In this document: positions 41,746 through 51,680 of the stretch, piece by piece
Numbering within the stretch: the first letter of the stretch is position 1
How the letters are laid out: each line of letters begins with the position of its first letter
Source of the DNA: Actinomycetes bacterium
Lineage (GTDB): Bacteria > Actinomycetota > Thermoleophilia > Gaiellales > F1-60-MAGs149
Length of the DNA stretch: 64,000 bases
Reading direction: 5' to 3'
Assembly: GCA_025360225.1 (NCBI GenBank)
Contig: JANYCN010000034.1
Location: forward strand, 34,063-98,062
Position numbers and translations under genes: made by a program
The notes under the pieces: model-generated
Told to the model about the DNA's origin: nothing
Databases searched by the model: none
Seen by the model: the letters and a program-made list of their open reading frames with translations, nothing else

Positions 41746-43422
41746 TCAGATGCCCAGGTCGTTGGGGATGGCGATGCGCTGCGCGGCGACGGTGCCCGCG
41801 GGGTAGACGCGCACCTGGGTAGCGATACCCGTGTACACCGTTCCTCCGCCCGAGCCGTCGTTCGCGAAGTCGCGGTCGTAGAACATGTAGATGTCGGGCC
41901 CGTCAACCGCGTTGCCGGTGGAGTGCGCCGGCGCGATGAAGGTGGCGTCGTAGCTCTCACCCGGCGACACGTCGATCGTGTCCGTCGTGTAGACGTTGTT
42001 CTCGAGCCAGTCGGCGTCGCGCCCGACGACGGTGAGCGGGATGCCGTCCATCTGGAGCGAGTGGTCCTGATAGCCGAGGCAGGCGATGCGAAGCAGCACC
42101 CGCTCGCCGGGGTTGCACGTGATCAGCGAGGTGTACGGCTGGTAGGCGAGCTGCGTGTCGAGCAGGGAGTAGCTCACTGAACCCACGGCGGGGAAGCTCG
42201 GCGACCCACCCTGAATCGTGAAGGTCGTGCCCGTGTTCGCCGAGACCGTGAACGGCACGCCCCCTACGTTGGCGGTGGTGCCGACGAGCATGTTGTCGAC
42301 CCAGATCGGCAGGGGTGCGACGGCGGGCGTGATGACGGCCTGCGATGTTGCGGGCACGCCGAGAACGATCGGGTCGGCGACCGGCGCCGCCATCGTGCCG
42401 CTGCCGGAGCCGAGGTCGATGCCGACCTCGAGCACGGCGTTCGGCTTGATCGAGTCCGGGTACGAGCGCCCGTTGATCGTCCACGCGTCAGCGTGGAACT
42501 CCGACCAGTCGGGCTGCTGGATGTGCGAGAGCTTCTGGTGCTGCTGCAGGTCGTAGTCCATCAGCATGAAGGAGAACTCGCGGTTGTAGTACGTCGACCT
42601 CGGATCGGTGGGCTGGACGCCGTCGTTGTAGACGTACCTGATCGGCAGCCCGGCCACGGCACCGGCGAAGGTCGCGGCGCTCGGGAAGGTCACGTTCGAG
42701 TTCTGCTTCGGGCGGATCCAGACGGAGCCGGTCATGCCGAGCTGGATGTGCTCGACGTCCTCCCAGTGGCAGTGGTACATGTACGTGCCGGGCACCTGGC
42801 AGTCGTAGAAGTACGTGAACGTCTTGTTGATCGGTGCCGCGCCAGACATCTCCGGGACGCCGTCAAACCATGGCGTGGCGTTCTTGAAGCCGTGCCAGTG
42901 CACGGTGTGTCCGTCGGGGATGTCGGGGCGCTGCGCCCAGCCGAGGTTGTACAGCGTGATCTCGACCTGGTCGCCCTCGTCGTAGGACATGATGTACGAC
43001 GAGGTCTGGGTGAGGCCTTTCAGCCGGTAGATCTTCTGTCGTGCAGCGTCGGCGTCGCTCGACGTCGGGTCGATCTTCGCGGCCGCCACCCACTCCAGGT
43101 GCGCCGCGGTGACATCACGGAAGCCGTAGCAGTACAGGTTCTGCGGCGCTCGTGCCATGTCGTCCGGGAAGTAGACCTTCCCGTCGATCCCGGTCTGGCC
43201 CGGGCCAGGGATGTACGCCCAGCCGTCGGTGCCAGCGAGGGCGACCTGCGTCTTGACGGCGCTCGGGATGTTGGCCGCGCTCTCCCCTCCGTGCGCCGCG
43301 GCTGAGCCGGGCGCACGAAGGGTCTGGATGAGCGCTCCGGCGCCGAGGGCGCCAGCGGTGAGCCCGCCGCCGAGCTCGAGCAGCCGACGGCGGCTCATGC
43401 GCGGGTTCGAGGCGTGGGTCAC
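41746..43422 (-). CDS. Tat-exported two-domain multicopper oxidase with all its copper ligands in the N-terminal domain
   Basis: The GTG at 43422 forms a GTGA overlap with the giant gene's stop and is preceded by AAGGGGG; the ATG at 43398 is an alternative start. The Tat signal is MSRRRLLELGGG. Ligand motifs are HTVHWHG and YMYHCHWEDVEHIQLGM. The C-domain has YQDHSLQMDG in place of HxHxH. Confidence 0.85.
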   Translation of the reverse strand: MTHASNPRMSRRRLLELGGGLTAGALGAGALIQTLRAPGSAAAHGGESAANIPSAVKTQVALAGTDGWAYIPGPGQTGIDGKVYFPDDMARAPQNLYCYGFRDVTAAHLEWVAAAKIDPTSSDADAARQKIYRLKGLTQTSSYIMSYDEGDQVEITLYNLGWAQRPDIPDGHTVHWHGFKNATPWFDGVPEMSGAAPINKTFTYFYDCQVPGTYMYHCHWEDVEHIQLGMTGSVWIRPKQNSNVTFPSAATFAGAVAGLPIRYVYNDGVQPTDPRSTYYNREFSFMLMDYDLQQHQKLSHIQQPDWSEFHADAWTINGRSYPDSIKPNAVLEVGIDLGSGSGTMAAPVADPIVLGVPATSQAVITPAVAPLPIWVDNMLVGTTANVGGVPFTVSANTGTTFTIQGGSPSFPAVGSVSYSLLDTQLAYQPYTSLITCNPGERVLLRIACLGYQDHSLQMDGIPLTVVGRDADWLENNVYTTDTIDVSPGESYDATFIAPAHSTGNAVDGPDIYMFYDRDFANDGSGGGTVYTGIATQVRVYPAGTVAAQRIAIPNDLGI

Positions 43423-46400
43423 TTCGCCCCCTTCCGGTTGTTGGAGATGGACACGGTCTGCCACGCGGACACGTTCTTGCTGCGGCCGGTGGCGATCACG
43501 ACCCGCACCCGGTAGGTGCCGGCCTTCAGGTTGACGGAGACGTTGTACGTCCTCGTGCCAACCGTCATGCGGTACGAGCGAACGGTCGAGCCGACCTTGA
43601 CCTGGAGGGTCGCGGTCGATCCGGCCGAGACGGGGCTCCAGCGAAGGCCACCGATGCTGCCCACCGGGGCTGCGTGCGGGTCCTGGCTGGCGAAGCGACC
43701 GATCGCGGCCGACACCTTGAGGGTGCCGCCCTTCACGAGCGGCGCGATCCACGCGGACTTCGTGCCGCCGTTGTACTGGTCGGCGCCACGATCGTTCACT
43801 GCCGTGGCCGCTCGCGGCTCACCGTCAATGTCGGTGCCTGGAGCGAAGAAGCGCTCCCGTCCGAGAGCAGGCGGGTTGCTGCCGACGCCTGTCTGGAGAC
43901 AGTTCGTCTGCGACGTCGACAGGTAGGTGCTGGCTGGGCCAGCGCCATCCGCGACGTCGACGCACTGGACGCCGCCGCCGATCGCCGAGCTCGACTTGTA
44001 GTTCCCCATCCGGACGGACGGGAAGTCGATCGCGAGGATCGTCCCGGCGATGAAGTTCGCGTCGCCGCGGAACGGTGCGAGGATCACGCTCGTGTCGTAG
44101 GTCGCATCCTGGATGCTCGCCGGTGCGGGAACAGCCAGGAGGCTCGAGTCAGGGCTCGCACCGGCGGAGCTCGACGTGGTCGTCGTGCTGCCCTGCGGGT
44201 AGAGCGTGACGCCGTCGACCGAGCCGATGTCCCAGATCGCCGGGTTCGACGTGTCGCCCGAGAGCCCGATCCCGGTGACGATGCCACCGTTGTAGGTGCC
44301 GGCGAGGTTGCCCCAGAAGTAGTTGTTCAGGAGCGTCGGCGGCGTCGAGGCCGGGACGTTCGCGGAGCCCATCAGCACCACGCTGTTCAGCGCCGTGGAG
44401 AGACCGGCCGGGGCAGGCTGCCCGTTCGACGTCATCGCGGTGGCGGTGGTGAGGTTCTTCATGATCGTGTTGTTCGCGATCAGCAGCTTGCTCGTGTCGT
44501 CGATCGCGATGCCGCCGCCCTCGTGCGCGGAGACGTTGTTCGCGATCACGTTGTTCGTGACCTTGATCTGGTGGTTTCCGGCCATCAGGAACCGGATGCC
44601 ACCTCCATCGTCACCTGCGAGGTTCGACTGAATGACATTCGCGTCGATCGTCACCGTGCCCGAGCCAGCCGAGATGCCCGGCTGGGGCGGCAGGCCCGGG
44701 AAGAGCTTCGGGTTCGGCAGCTGGCCGGCGATGAACACGCCGGCTCCCTCGTCGTAGCTCTGGTTGAAGTAGACGCGGTTCTTCGTGATCATGCCGTTCG
44801 GCGAGAGGCCGTAGTGCGAGATGCCACCACCGTACTCGGCGGAGTAGTTACCGCAGACGACGTTGCGCTGCACCGTGTAGTCATCAGAGCCGTTGAACAG
44901 GCCCACGGCACCGGCGAGGCGGAAGCCGCCGTTCGCGTCGAGCTGGTTGTTCGCGATCGTGACGTGGTCGTTCTTCTTCGCGCTCTGTAGGAGCTCCGGC
45001 ACGTACGGCGAGCCGATCCGGATGCCGCCGCCGAGCGAGCCAGCGTTCTGGTTGATGATGTTGTTCTTGACCTCGAGGTAGTGCGCCGAGGAGGCTGCGA
45101 AGACGCCGCCACCCTGGCTCGCCGGCTGGCCGACGGCCTGCGTGCGGGCTGGCAGCGGGCCACCGCCGGTGGCGGTGTTCAGGCCACCCGGCAGCTCGAA
45201 CGACGTGCCACCGGTGAGCTGGAAGCCGTCCACGGCAGCGCGGTAGGCGCTGTTGAAGAGGCTGTTGTTACCACGCTGTCCGGTGAGCACCGTGACGACA
45301 GCGCCGTCCTGGAGCGTGTCGGTGTTCCGGATCATGCCCTGCACCCAGGTGGCGAGGTCGTACCACCACACCGCGTACGCGGTGCCGGAGCCGTCAGCGA
45401 GCGACGCGGTGCCGAACTGCGAGCCATCGATCACCGTGCCGTCCTCCGTCGTGCCGCGAAGGTTGACGTCGGAGTAGCTCGACGGGTAATCACCGCCGGC
45501 ACCGAAGCCCTGGAGCTTGATGCGCGTCGGAACGATCAGGTTCTCGAAGTAGGCGCCACGCGGGTTGATCACCGAGCGGCCACGGTTCGTCGGGTCGTAG
45601 GAGACCTCGTGCGAGCCAGGGTGCACCATGATCAGGCTCGGACGGTTGTCTAGCTGGTCGCCTGGACCGGGCGTGTTCTCGCCGAGCCCACCGATCGCGT
45701 TGGCGTCGATGTTCGCCGAGGCGTCGATCGCTGCCTGGATGCTCTTGAACTGGTTCGCGAGCGGCGCCAGGTAGCCGTTGCCTGCGCTGCCGGCGTTCGG
45801 GCCGACCTCGAAGAGGCGCGGGTTGGTCGGCGTGCCGACCGCACCGGAGCCGAGCAGGAAGATCGAGACGGCGTTGACCGCCTCCTGGTTGTTGTTGGTG
45901 TTGTCGACGTACAGCTGGTAGCTGCCCGCCGCTCCGGCCGGGACGTGCACGGTGATCAGGTTGTCGGCCGAGGCCGCCACCGAGGTCGTCGTGACGCCGG
46001 CAAGACCGGGCAGGAACTCCCACCGCTCGCCCGGCAGCGGCAGCCGCTGGCGGCCGACCGTGGTCGGATCGAGGGCGAGCGTGTTCGTGCCCGTGGTCAC
46101 GCCGGCGATCGTTGCGGTGAAGCCGGACGCCGTGCGGACCTGGCGTCCAACCATCGCCTGCACGAGCGCCGTGCCGCCATCCACCGCGACGACCATCGAG
46201 TTGTGGTCGACGGCGACCGCGTTGGCGGTAGCGGAAGCGGGAGTGCCGTCACCGGCAACCGGTGGGGTGCCCTGTGCTGCGCTGAGGAAGAGCTGGGTCG
46301 CCTGGATCCCCGGGTTGAAGGTGGCGCCCTGAGAGCTATCGATCCGGGCCGAGAACGCCTGGTCCTTGAAGTACAGGCCGGCGGGGTCGACGGTGAGGCG

Positions 46401-49400
46401 CGGGCTGATCGTCACCGACTGCGTGCCGGCGATCGAGTACGTCGCTGCACCCGACGGCGCTGGTATCGCCGGGGTGATGCCGGTCAGGCTCAGCTTGCCC
46501 GTTGCCGTCCCGGTCGAGCTGACGGTGCCCGAGATGGTGCCGGTGTAGGCGCCCGGCGCGGTGAAGCTCACGGTCGCTCCGACCGCCCCGGTAGCCGTGT
46601 ACGGCGTTGCGACGATCGCGCCGTCGATCGTGTAGGCCGCGCCCGTCGCGGGAGCGGTCGTACCGGCAAGCGTGAGCCGCGCTGGCACGGCGAAGGCCCT
46701 CGTGCCGGCACCAGCGGTGGATGGAGCGGTGTAGGCGGTGACGGTGTACGTCGCGGCGCCGACGCGGACGATCGAGCCGACCACCGCGCTCGACGTGTAG
46801 CTCTGCGAGACGTACGCGCCGTTCGTGAGCTGGGTCAGGGTGACGGTCCACGGCGTGCCAGCGGCGAGGTTGAACGTCCCGAGGATGCGGATCCCAAGCA
46901 CGTTGACGACCGTCACCGGGTAGTTGACACCGCCCGCTACGAGCGTCCCTGCCCAGCCGGTCGGGTAGCCCGGAGCGGGAATGCTGAAGGCCGCTCCGCC
47001 GGCGGCGACGGTGCCGCTCCCGTTCTTGACCCGCGACAGCGACACGTTCCAGGTCGAGCCAGCCGGCAACGTGAAGGTGCCATTGAGCGTCGAACCGCTC
47101 GCGTTCGTCGAGACGTCGTAGGTCGTGGTGCTTCCGCCGACGGTGCGGGAGATCGTTCCTGTCCAAGGCGCCGGGAAGGGGTTGACGGCACCCACGTTGA
47201 TGGTGTTCGTCGCCCCGCCGCCGCCAATGGTGACCGTTCCCGTGTACACCGCAGGAGCGACGGTGCCGCCAGCGAGCTGCTGGTAGGTGCCCGTGCCGGT
47301 CGTCGTCGGCGAGTACGCCTGCACCTGGTAGCCCTGGGTGTCGTACGACGTGACCGAGCCGGCGTAGCTGAGCACGCCGTTCTCCTCGTTCACGAGCTTC
47401 ACGCTCGGCGCGGTGCCGAACCCGATGCCCTTGACGACGAAGTCGCCGCCGGTGGCTGCCGAGGTCGCAACCTTGTCGATCGAGAACACCTGCGGCGTCA
47501 CGTTCGCGCCGGTCTTCTGCAGCATGCAGTCGGCCGGGTGGTTCGACGTTGCGCCCGCACCCTGCACCGGCGCTGCGGCCGAGGTGAGGGCGAGGTCGGT
47601 GATGTAGGAGACGCCAGGGTAGAGCTGGAAGGGCGCCGCGATCGTGCGGTACTGCGCGTTGTAGTGCTGGTTCGGCTTCGTCGGCCGCGGGTTGTAGAGC
47701 GGGTCGTTGACCGCCTTGCCGTCCGCCGTCCAGGTGCCGCCATCGTTGTAGTCGGCGTGCTTCGGGTCGGCCGTCGACGGGTCGTTCGCGACCAGGGTGT
47801 AGACCTGGGGCGAGACGCCCGACGGCGTCGGCGCGTTGATGCGGTTCGTCGTCGGCAGCATCACGCTGTAGTAGCCGTTGGCGTCCGTGACGGTCTCCGC
47901 CTGGAGACGACCCGACCAGTCGTAGAAGGAGAGCGGCATGTGCACTGCCGGCGACTTGTCGCCGTAGAACGACTCTTTCGGGTCGATCGACACGTTCAGG
48001 TCGTCGATCAGGAGGCCGAAGTGGATGCCGGGGAGCGGCGTGTTCGTGAAGAGCTCGAACGACGGTGCGACGGACTCGCTGTTGTCGACGTGCACGACCT
48101 TCGAGTCGCAGAGCGCGGCGCGCTTGCCCTCGTAGGGGCTGCCACCCGTGCCTGCGAAGGCGTCGTTGGCGATCGGGAACGACTGCGGCAGCGCGGTCTT
48201 GTTGATGTCCGTCGTCTGACCGGTCGCCGTGGCACTGACGGCCCCGTACCCGTCCGTCCCGGCTCCAAGAACATCGACCTGGCGGCTGATGCCAGAGCAC
48301 TCCTGGAAGAGGATCTTCGGCGCGTTCGGCTGGCCGACGGTATCACCGGTGTAGACGTTGATGTCCTCTTCCTTGGTGACGTTGTAGATCGCGTTGCCGT
48401 TCTTGTCGACAGGGATCTCCTCCTTGACGACGTAGTCGCCCGGCGACATCGGCACCGTGGTGCCATGCGAGGAGTCGGTGAACACGTCGGTGAGCGCGTA
48501 GTTGCCGTTCAGCTTCGCGCCCCAGTCCTTGCCGCCGTTCCCGTCCGGGATCAGACCAACCTTCGAGCCGCCGCCGATGCCCTCGACGCACTCGTGCGGC
48601 TGCGTCGCGGACTCGTTCGTTGCGAGGCCCACCGGCGTCGTCCAGGGCACGGCGTTGGTGGCGGCGGTCTCGGCGTTGAAGTGATCCTGGACGCCGGAGA
48701 AGTTGCCGTTGACGAGAGCGTTGCCGGTGCCGAGCGTGTAACCCCACTCGGCCTGCCACGGGTAGGCGACGGCGCCGCCCTTCGCGTTGAAGGTGGTGCA
48801 GTCGACCGGGCGCGCCCAGCGCTCGGTCGTGTACGCCGGGCCTGCGTCGTAAAGGTCGGGGCTCGCGGCGGTCTTGTCCTTCACGATCAGGTCGTTCTGG
48901 TTCGCCGGCACGCCCGACGGATCGAGCACCATCACCGACCCGTCCTTCGGGTCATAGAGGGTGTGTCCGGCCGCGTCCTTCGCGACCTTGAAGAGGTGCA
49001 TGCGGATTCCGGGAATGCCCGGCTGCCAGTCCTCGAGCTTCGCCTGGTCGGCCTGCGTCTCGTTGCGCGTCGTGCCGTAGGAGACGGTGCCGACGATGCC
49101 GCCGTTCTCGGTCTTCGTGTACGGCTGCTTCGCCCAGTTGATCCGGACGGCCTGCGTGATCCACGGGATCACGTTGATGTCGACCGCGCCACCGAGGTAG
49201 GTGGTTGGCTTCGCGTCGTTGCCGGACTGCACGGTGATGCCGGTGTTCTTGTAGGCGGTGTCGAAGGCCTCGAGGATCGTCCACTGGCCGATCGGGTAGA
49301 GGCCGGGCAGGTCGTAGTTGCCGTTCTGGTCGGTGAAGGTGGAGTTCGTGCCCTGCTCGAAGAGGGTGTTCTCGCGCGAGCGATGGCTGAGGAAGAAGTG

Positions 49401-51680
49401 CGGCAACCCGGGCTCGCCCGGCTCACCCTTCTCCCACATCCCGTCGTGGTTGGTGTCGACGAAGTCCTGCTTGCCGTTGCCGTTCAGGTCGTTGAAGACC
49501 GAGCCCTGCAGGTGCGTCCACCAGCGCGGCAGGCGCAGCGTGTCCATCTCGGACTGCTCGCCGGCGACGACGGTGACGTTCTGCGAGTAGAGGATCTGGT
49601 TCTGGTCCCAGTCCCACACGGTGATGCCATAGTCGCCGGGCAGCACGCCCTCGACCTTGAACTCGCCGGTCTTGTACAGCGCCTTGATCGCCGGATCGTC
49701 GGCGAAGAAGGAGCGCGACCAGATCGTGCGGTCACCGTTCTGGAAGTCGACCAGCGCGACCTCGAGGCGCTTCTCCGCGCCCGCATCCTGCTGCAACGAG
49801 TACTCGTTCTGGCCGATGTAGTTGCCGTTCACGGGGTTCGGCGAGTAGGACAGCGAGTCGTGCACGAAGCCGTGGATCGAGCCGGTGGCGGTCGCGGCGA
49901 CGGCTCGTGTGAACGGACCCTGCGGGCGGTTGACCGTGAACGAGGCGCCAACGGCCGGCACGTCGGAGAACGGCGTGTCGACGGTGAACGTACGATCGCG
50001 GAGCGACAGGACCGTGTGCACCGTGCCGCTCGTGTCGCCCACGAGCGTGACGGTGCGACCGATCAGGTTCCCGGGCACGTTGCCGTTGCCGGCGATCGTG
50101 ATCGCCGTGGTCGGCGTCGTCGGGCCAGGGGTCGGCAGACCATCGGCACCGTTGTAGGAGGAGGTGTGCACCCAGCCGGAGAACGCCCAGGCGACCTTCT
50201 CGCCGCCGTTCACGAGCTCCCAGTCAAAGCCGCTGTCGCCGGCGACGCTCCAGATGTCCCAGTCGTGCGCGCCCTCGAGCGTGCTCGTCTGCGTCCACTC
50301 GGGACGATGGATCGTCGCGGGCGAGCCGCCCGTCACGTCCGGCGGCGAGATCGTCGTCGTGTTGCGGTTCGGCTCGAGGTTGCGGATCACGACGTGACCC
50401 TTCTCCTGAATGTAGGAGCCCGCGTTCTCCGGGTCAGGGATCCACTCGGAGTGCGAGAGGCACTTGCCGCCCGTCCCCGGGATCACCTGCGGCTGAGCGA
50501 TGTTGCCCTGCGCGTCGATCCAGCGCTCGGGATGGTTCGCGTCGACGGCGTCGTAGTGGACGCCACGGTAGTCACCCTCGGCGGTCTTGAAGACCGGGTC
50601 GCCGTTGCCGTCGTACAGCTGGTACACGGAGAGGCCGGCACCGTCAAGCACCGGCATGCCCTTCATCTTGTTCGGCGGCACGGCATTCGTCGAGTCCAGC
50701 TGGTCCGCGCCGTAGAACAGCGGCACGTAGTCCGAGCAGATCTGGTGGACGTAGGCGTCCGTCGTGATCGCCTCGCCGGTGATGTCCGTGACGACCGCCT
50801 TGAAGCCGTTCAGGCCCTGCTCCTCGGTGCGGTCGTACTCGCTGTTCGTCGGCGCGACGTCCGCGAAGACGTCGCGGCGCACGGTCACCAGGGGCTGCGG
50901 GTTGAACTGGGCGAACACGTCTACCGCCTTCGTCGTCGGCTGCGAGCAGCCAACGCCGTTGACGTCGAGGTTGTCCGCGCCGCAGACGACCGTGAAGCTC
51001 GTGCCCGCGACCTCGTAGCCCTGTGCGTAGACGGAGACGAAGTACTTGCCGGCAGGCAGGTCGGCCGTCGGCGTGGCGGTGTACGGGGACTGGACGGAGG
51101 GACCCCAGCCCGCGACCGTCGTGCGGGTTCCGGCGAGGACGGTCTGGTCGCCGAGGGTGCGCGGGTCGGTGGCGACGTTGTCGCCCGCCGTCATGACGGC
51201 GACGGTGCCGGCGTCCTGGGCGCTGTTCGCCGCAAGGCTGCCGGACGCTGGAACCTGGACGTTGCCCGTGGTGCCCGGGTCGATCGCGCGCAGCGAAGCC
51301 CAGTTGCAGCCGACGGGGTAGGTCTGGTAGAGGGCGGCCTGCTGCGCCGCGGGCGCGTCGCTCGGCCGGCAGGCGAAGTAGGAGCTGAGCTGCGCCGCGC
51401 TTCCACCGAGGCTCAGGAACGAGCGGCCGGTGGCCTCGTCGAAGCCCTGCCACGGGTCGCTGACGGTGTCGCGGACGATCACCCAGTGGTAGGGCGTGCT
51501 CGCGTCGATCTTCGCGCCGTCGTGCTTGAAGATCGTGCTGTCGGCCGGGTTCGCGACCGTCCGACCCTCCCTGACCTGCAGCGTGAGCGTGTCTGCAAGG
51601 GCAGGGATCGCCCCGGCCAACACGAACGCAGCCGTCGAGGCGGCTGCCAGCACGGTCCTACGCAATCGTCGGTGGATCAT
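43419..51680 (-). CDS. Giant (about 2750 aa) secreted protein with SdrD/Cna-B-type beta-sandwich, IPT/TIG-like and right-handed parallel beta-helix repeats
   Basis: The ATG at 51680 is preceded by GAGGAG. The signal is MIHRRLRRTVLAAASTAAFVLAGAIPALA. The SdrD-B-like segment is LQGSVFNDLNGNGKQDF...FTDQNGNYDLPGLYP. The beta-helix turns are VKNNIINQNAGSLGGGIRI, VQRNVVCGNYSAEYGGGISH, IDANVIQSNLAGDDGGGIRF and VTNNVIANNVSAHEGGGIAI. Confidence 0.85.
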   Translation of the reverse strand: MIHRRLRRTVLAAASTAAFVLAGAIPALADTLTLQVREGRTVANPADSTIFKHDGAKIDASTPYHWVIVRDTVSDPWQGFDEATGRSFLSLGGSAAQLSSYFACRPSDAPAAQQAALYQTYPVGCNWASLRAIDPGTTGNVQVPASGSLAANSAQDAGTVAVMTAGDNVATDPRTLGDQTVLAGTRTTVAGWGPSVQSPYTATPTADLPAGKYFVSVYAQGYEVAGTSFTVVCGADNLDVNGVGCSQPTTKAVDVFAQFNPQPLVTVRRDVFADVAPTNSEYDRTEEQGLNGFKAVVTDITGEAITTDAYVHQICSDYVPLFYGADQLDSTNAVPPNKMKGMPVLDGAGLSVYQLYDGNGDPVFKTAEGDYRGVHYDAVDANHPERWIDAQGNIAQPQVIPGTGGKCLSHSEWIPDPENAGSYIQEKGHVVIRNLEPNRNTTTISPPDVTGGSPATIHRPEWTQTSTLEGAHDWDIWSVAGDSGFDWELVNGGEKVAWAFSGWVHTSSYNGADGLPTPGPTTPTTAITIAGNGNVPGNLIGRTVTLVGDTSGTVHTVLSLRDRTFTVDTPFSDVPAVGASFTVNRPQGPFTRAVAATATGSIHGFVHDSLSYSPNPVNGNYIGQNEYSLQQDAGAEKRLEVALVDFQNGDRTIWSRSFFADDPAIKALYKTGEFKVEGVLPGDYGITVWDWDQNQILYSQNVTVVAGEQSEMDTLRLPRWWTHLQGSVFNDLNGNGKQDFVDTNHDGMWEKGEPGEPGLPHFFLSHRSRENTLFEQGTNSTFTDQNGNYDLPGLYPIGQWTILEAFDTAYKNTGITVQSGNDAKPTTYLGGAVDINVIPWITQAVRINWAKQPYTKTENGGIVGTVSYGTTRNETQADQAKLEDWQPGIPGIRMHLFKVAKDAAGHTLYDPKDGSVMVLDPSGVPANQNDLIVKDKTAASPDLYDAGPAYTTERWARPVDCTTFNAKGGAVAYPWQAEWGYTLGTGNALVNGNFSGVQDHFNAETAATNAVPWTTPVGLATNESATQPHECVEGIGGGSKVGLIPDGNGGKDWGAKLNGNYALTDVFTDSSHGTTVPMSPGDYVVKEEIPVDKNGNAIYNVTKEEDINVYTGDTVGQPNAPKILFQECSGISRQVDVLGAGTDGYGAVSATATGQTTDINKTALPQSFPIANDAFAGTGGSPYEGKRAALCDSKVVHVDNSESVAPSFELFTNTPLPGIHFGLLIDDLNVSIDPKESFYGDKSPAVHMPLSFYDWSGRLQAETVTDANGYYSVMLPTTNRINAPTPSGVSPQVYTLVANDPSTADPKHADYNDGGTWTADGKAVNDPLYNPRPTKPNQHYNAQYRTIAAPFQLYPGVSYITDLALTSAAAPVQGAGATSNHPADCMLQKTGANVTPQVFSIDKVATSAATGGDFVVKGIGFGTAPSVKLVNEENGVLSYAGSVTSYDTQGYQVQAYSPTTTGTGTYQQLAGGTVAPAVYTGTVTIGGGGATNTINVGAVNPFPAPWTGTISRTVGGSTTTYDVSTNASGSTLNGTFTLPAGSTWNVSLSRVKNGSGTVAAGGAAFSIPAPGYPTGWAGTLVAGGVNYPVTVVNVLGIRILGTFNLAAGTPWTVTLTQLTNGAYVSQSYTSSAVVGSIVRVGAATYTVTAYTAPSTAGAGTRAFAVPARLTLAGTTAPATGAAYTIDGAIVATPYTATGAVGATVSFTAPGAYTGTISGTVSSTGTATGKLSLTGITPAIPAPSGAATYSIAGTQSVTISPRLTVDPAGLYFKDQAFSARIDSSQGATFNPGIQATQLFLSAAQGTPPVAGDGTPASATANAVAVDHNSMVVAVDGGTALVQAMVGRQVRTASGFTATIAGVTTGTNTLALDPTTVGRQRLPLPGERWEFLPGLAGVTTTSVAASADNLITVHVPAGAAGSYQLYVDNTNNNQEAVNAVSIFLLGSGAVGTPTNPRLFEVGPNAGSAGNGYLAPLANQFKSIQAAIDASANIDANAIGGLGENTPGPGDQLDNRPSLIMVHPGSHEVSYDPTNRGRSVINPRGAYFENLIVPTRIKLQGFGAGGDYPSSYSDVNLRGTTEDGTVIDGSQFGTASLADGSGTAYAVWWYDLATWVQGMIRNTDTLQDGAVVTVLTGQRGNNSLFNSAYRAAVDGFQLTGGTSFELPGGLNTATGGGPLPARTQAVGQPASQGGGVFAASSAHYLEVKNNIINQNAGSLGGGIRIGSPYVPELLQSAKKNDHVTIANNQLDANGGFRLAGAVGLFNGSDDYTVQRNVVCGNYSAEYGGGISHYGLSPNGMITKNRVYFNQSYDEGAGVFIAGQLPNPKLFPGLPPQPGISAGSGTVTIDANVIQSNLAGDDGGGIRFLMAGNHQIKVTNNVIANNVSAHEGGGIAIDDTSKLLIANNTIMKNLTTATAMTSNGQPAPAGLSTALNSVVLMGSANVPASTPPTLLNNYFWGNLAGTYNGGIVTGIGLSGDTSNPAIWDIGSVDGVTLYPQGSTTTTSSSAGASPDSSLLAVPAPASIQDATYDTSVILAPFRGDANFIAGTILAIDFPSVRMGNYKSSSAIGGGVQCVDVADGAGPASTYLSTSQTNCLQTGVGSNPPALGRERFFAPGTDIDGEPRAATAVNDRGADQYNGGTKSAWIAPLVKGGTLKVSAAIGRFASQDPHAAPVGSIGGLRWSPVSAGSTATLQVKVGSTVRSYRMTVGTRTYNVSVNLKAGTYRVRVVIATGRSKNVSAWQTVSISNNRKGAK

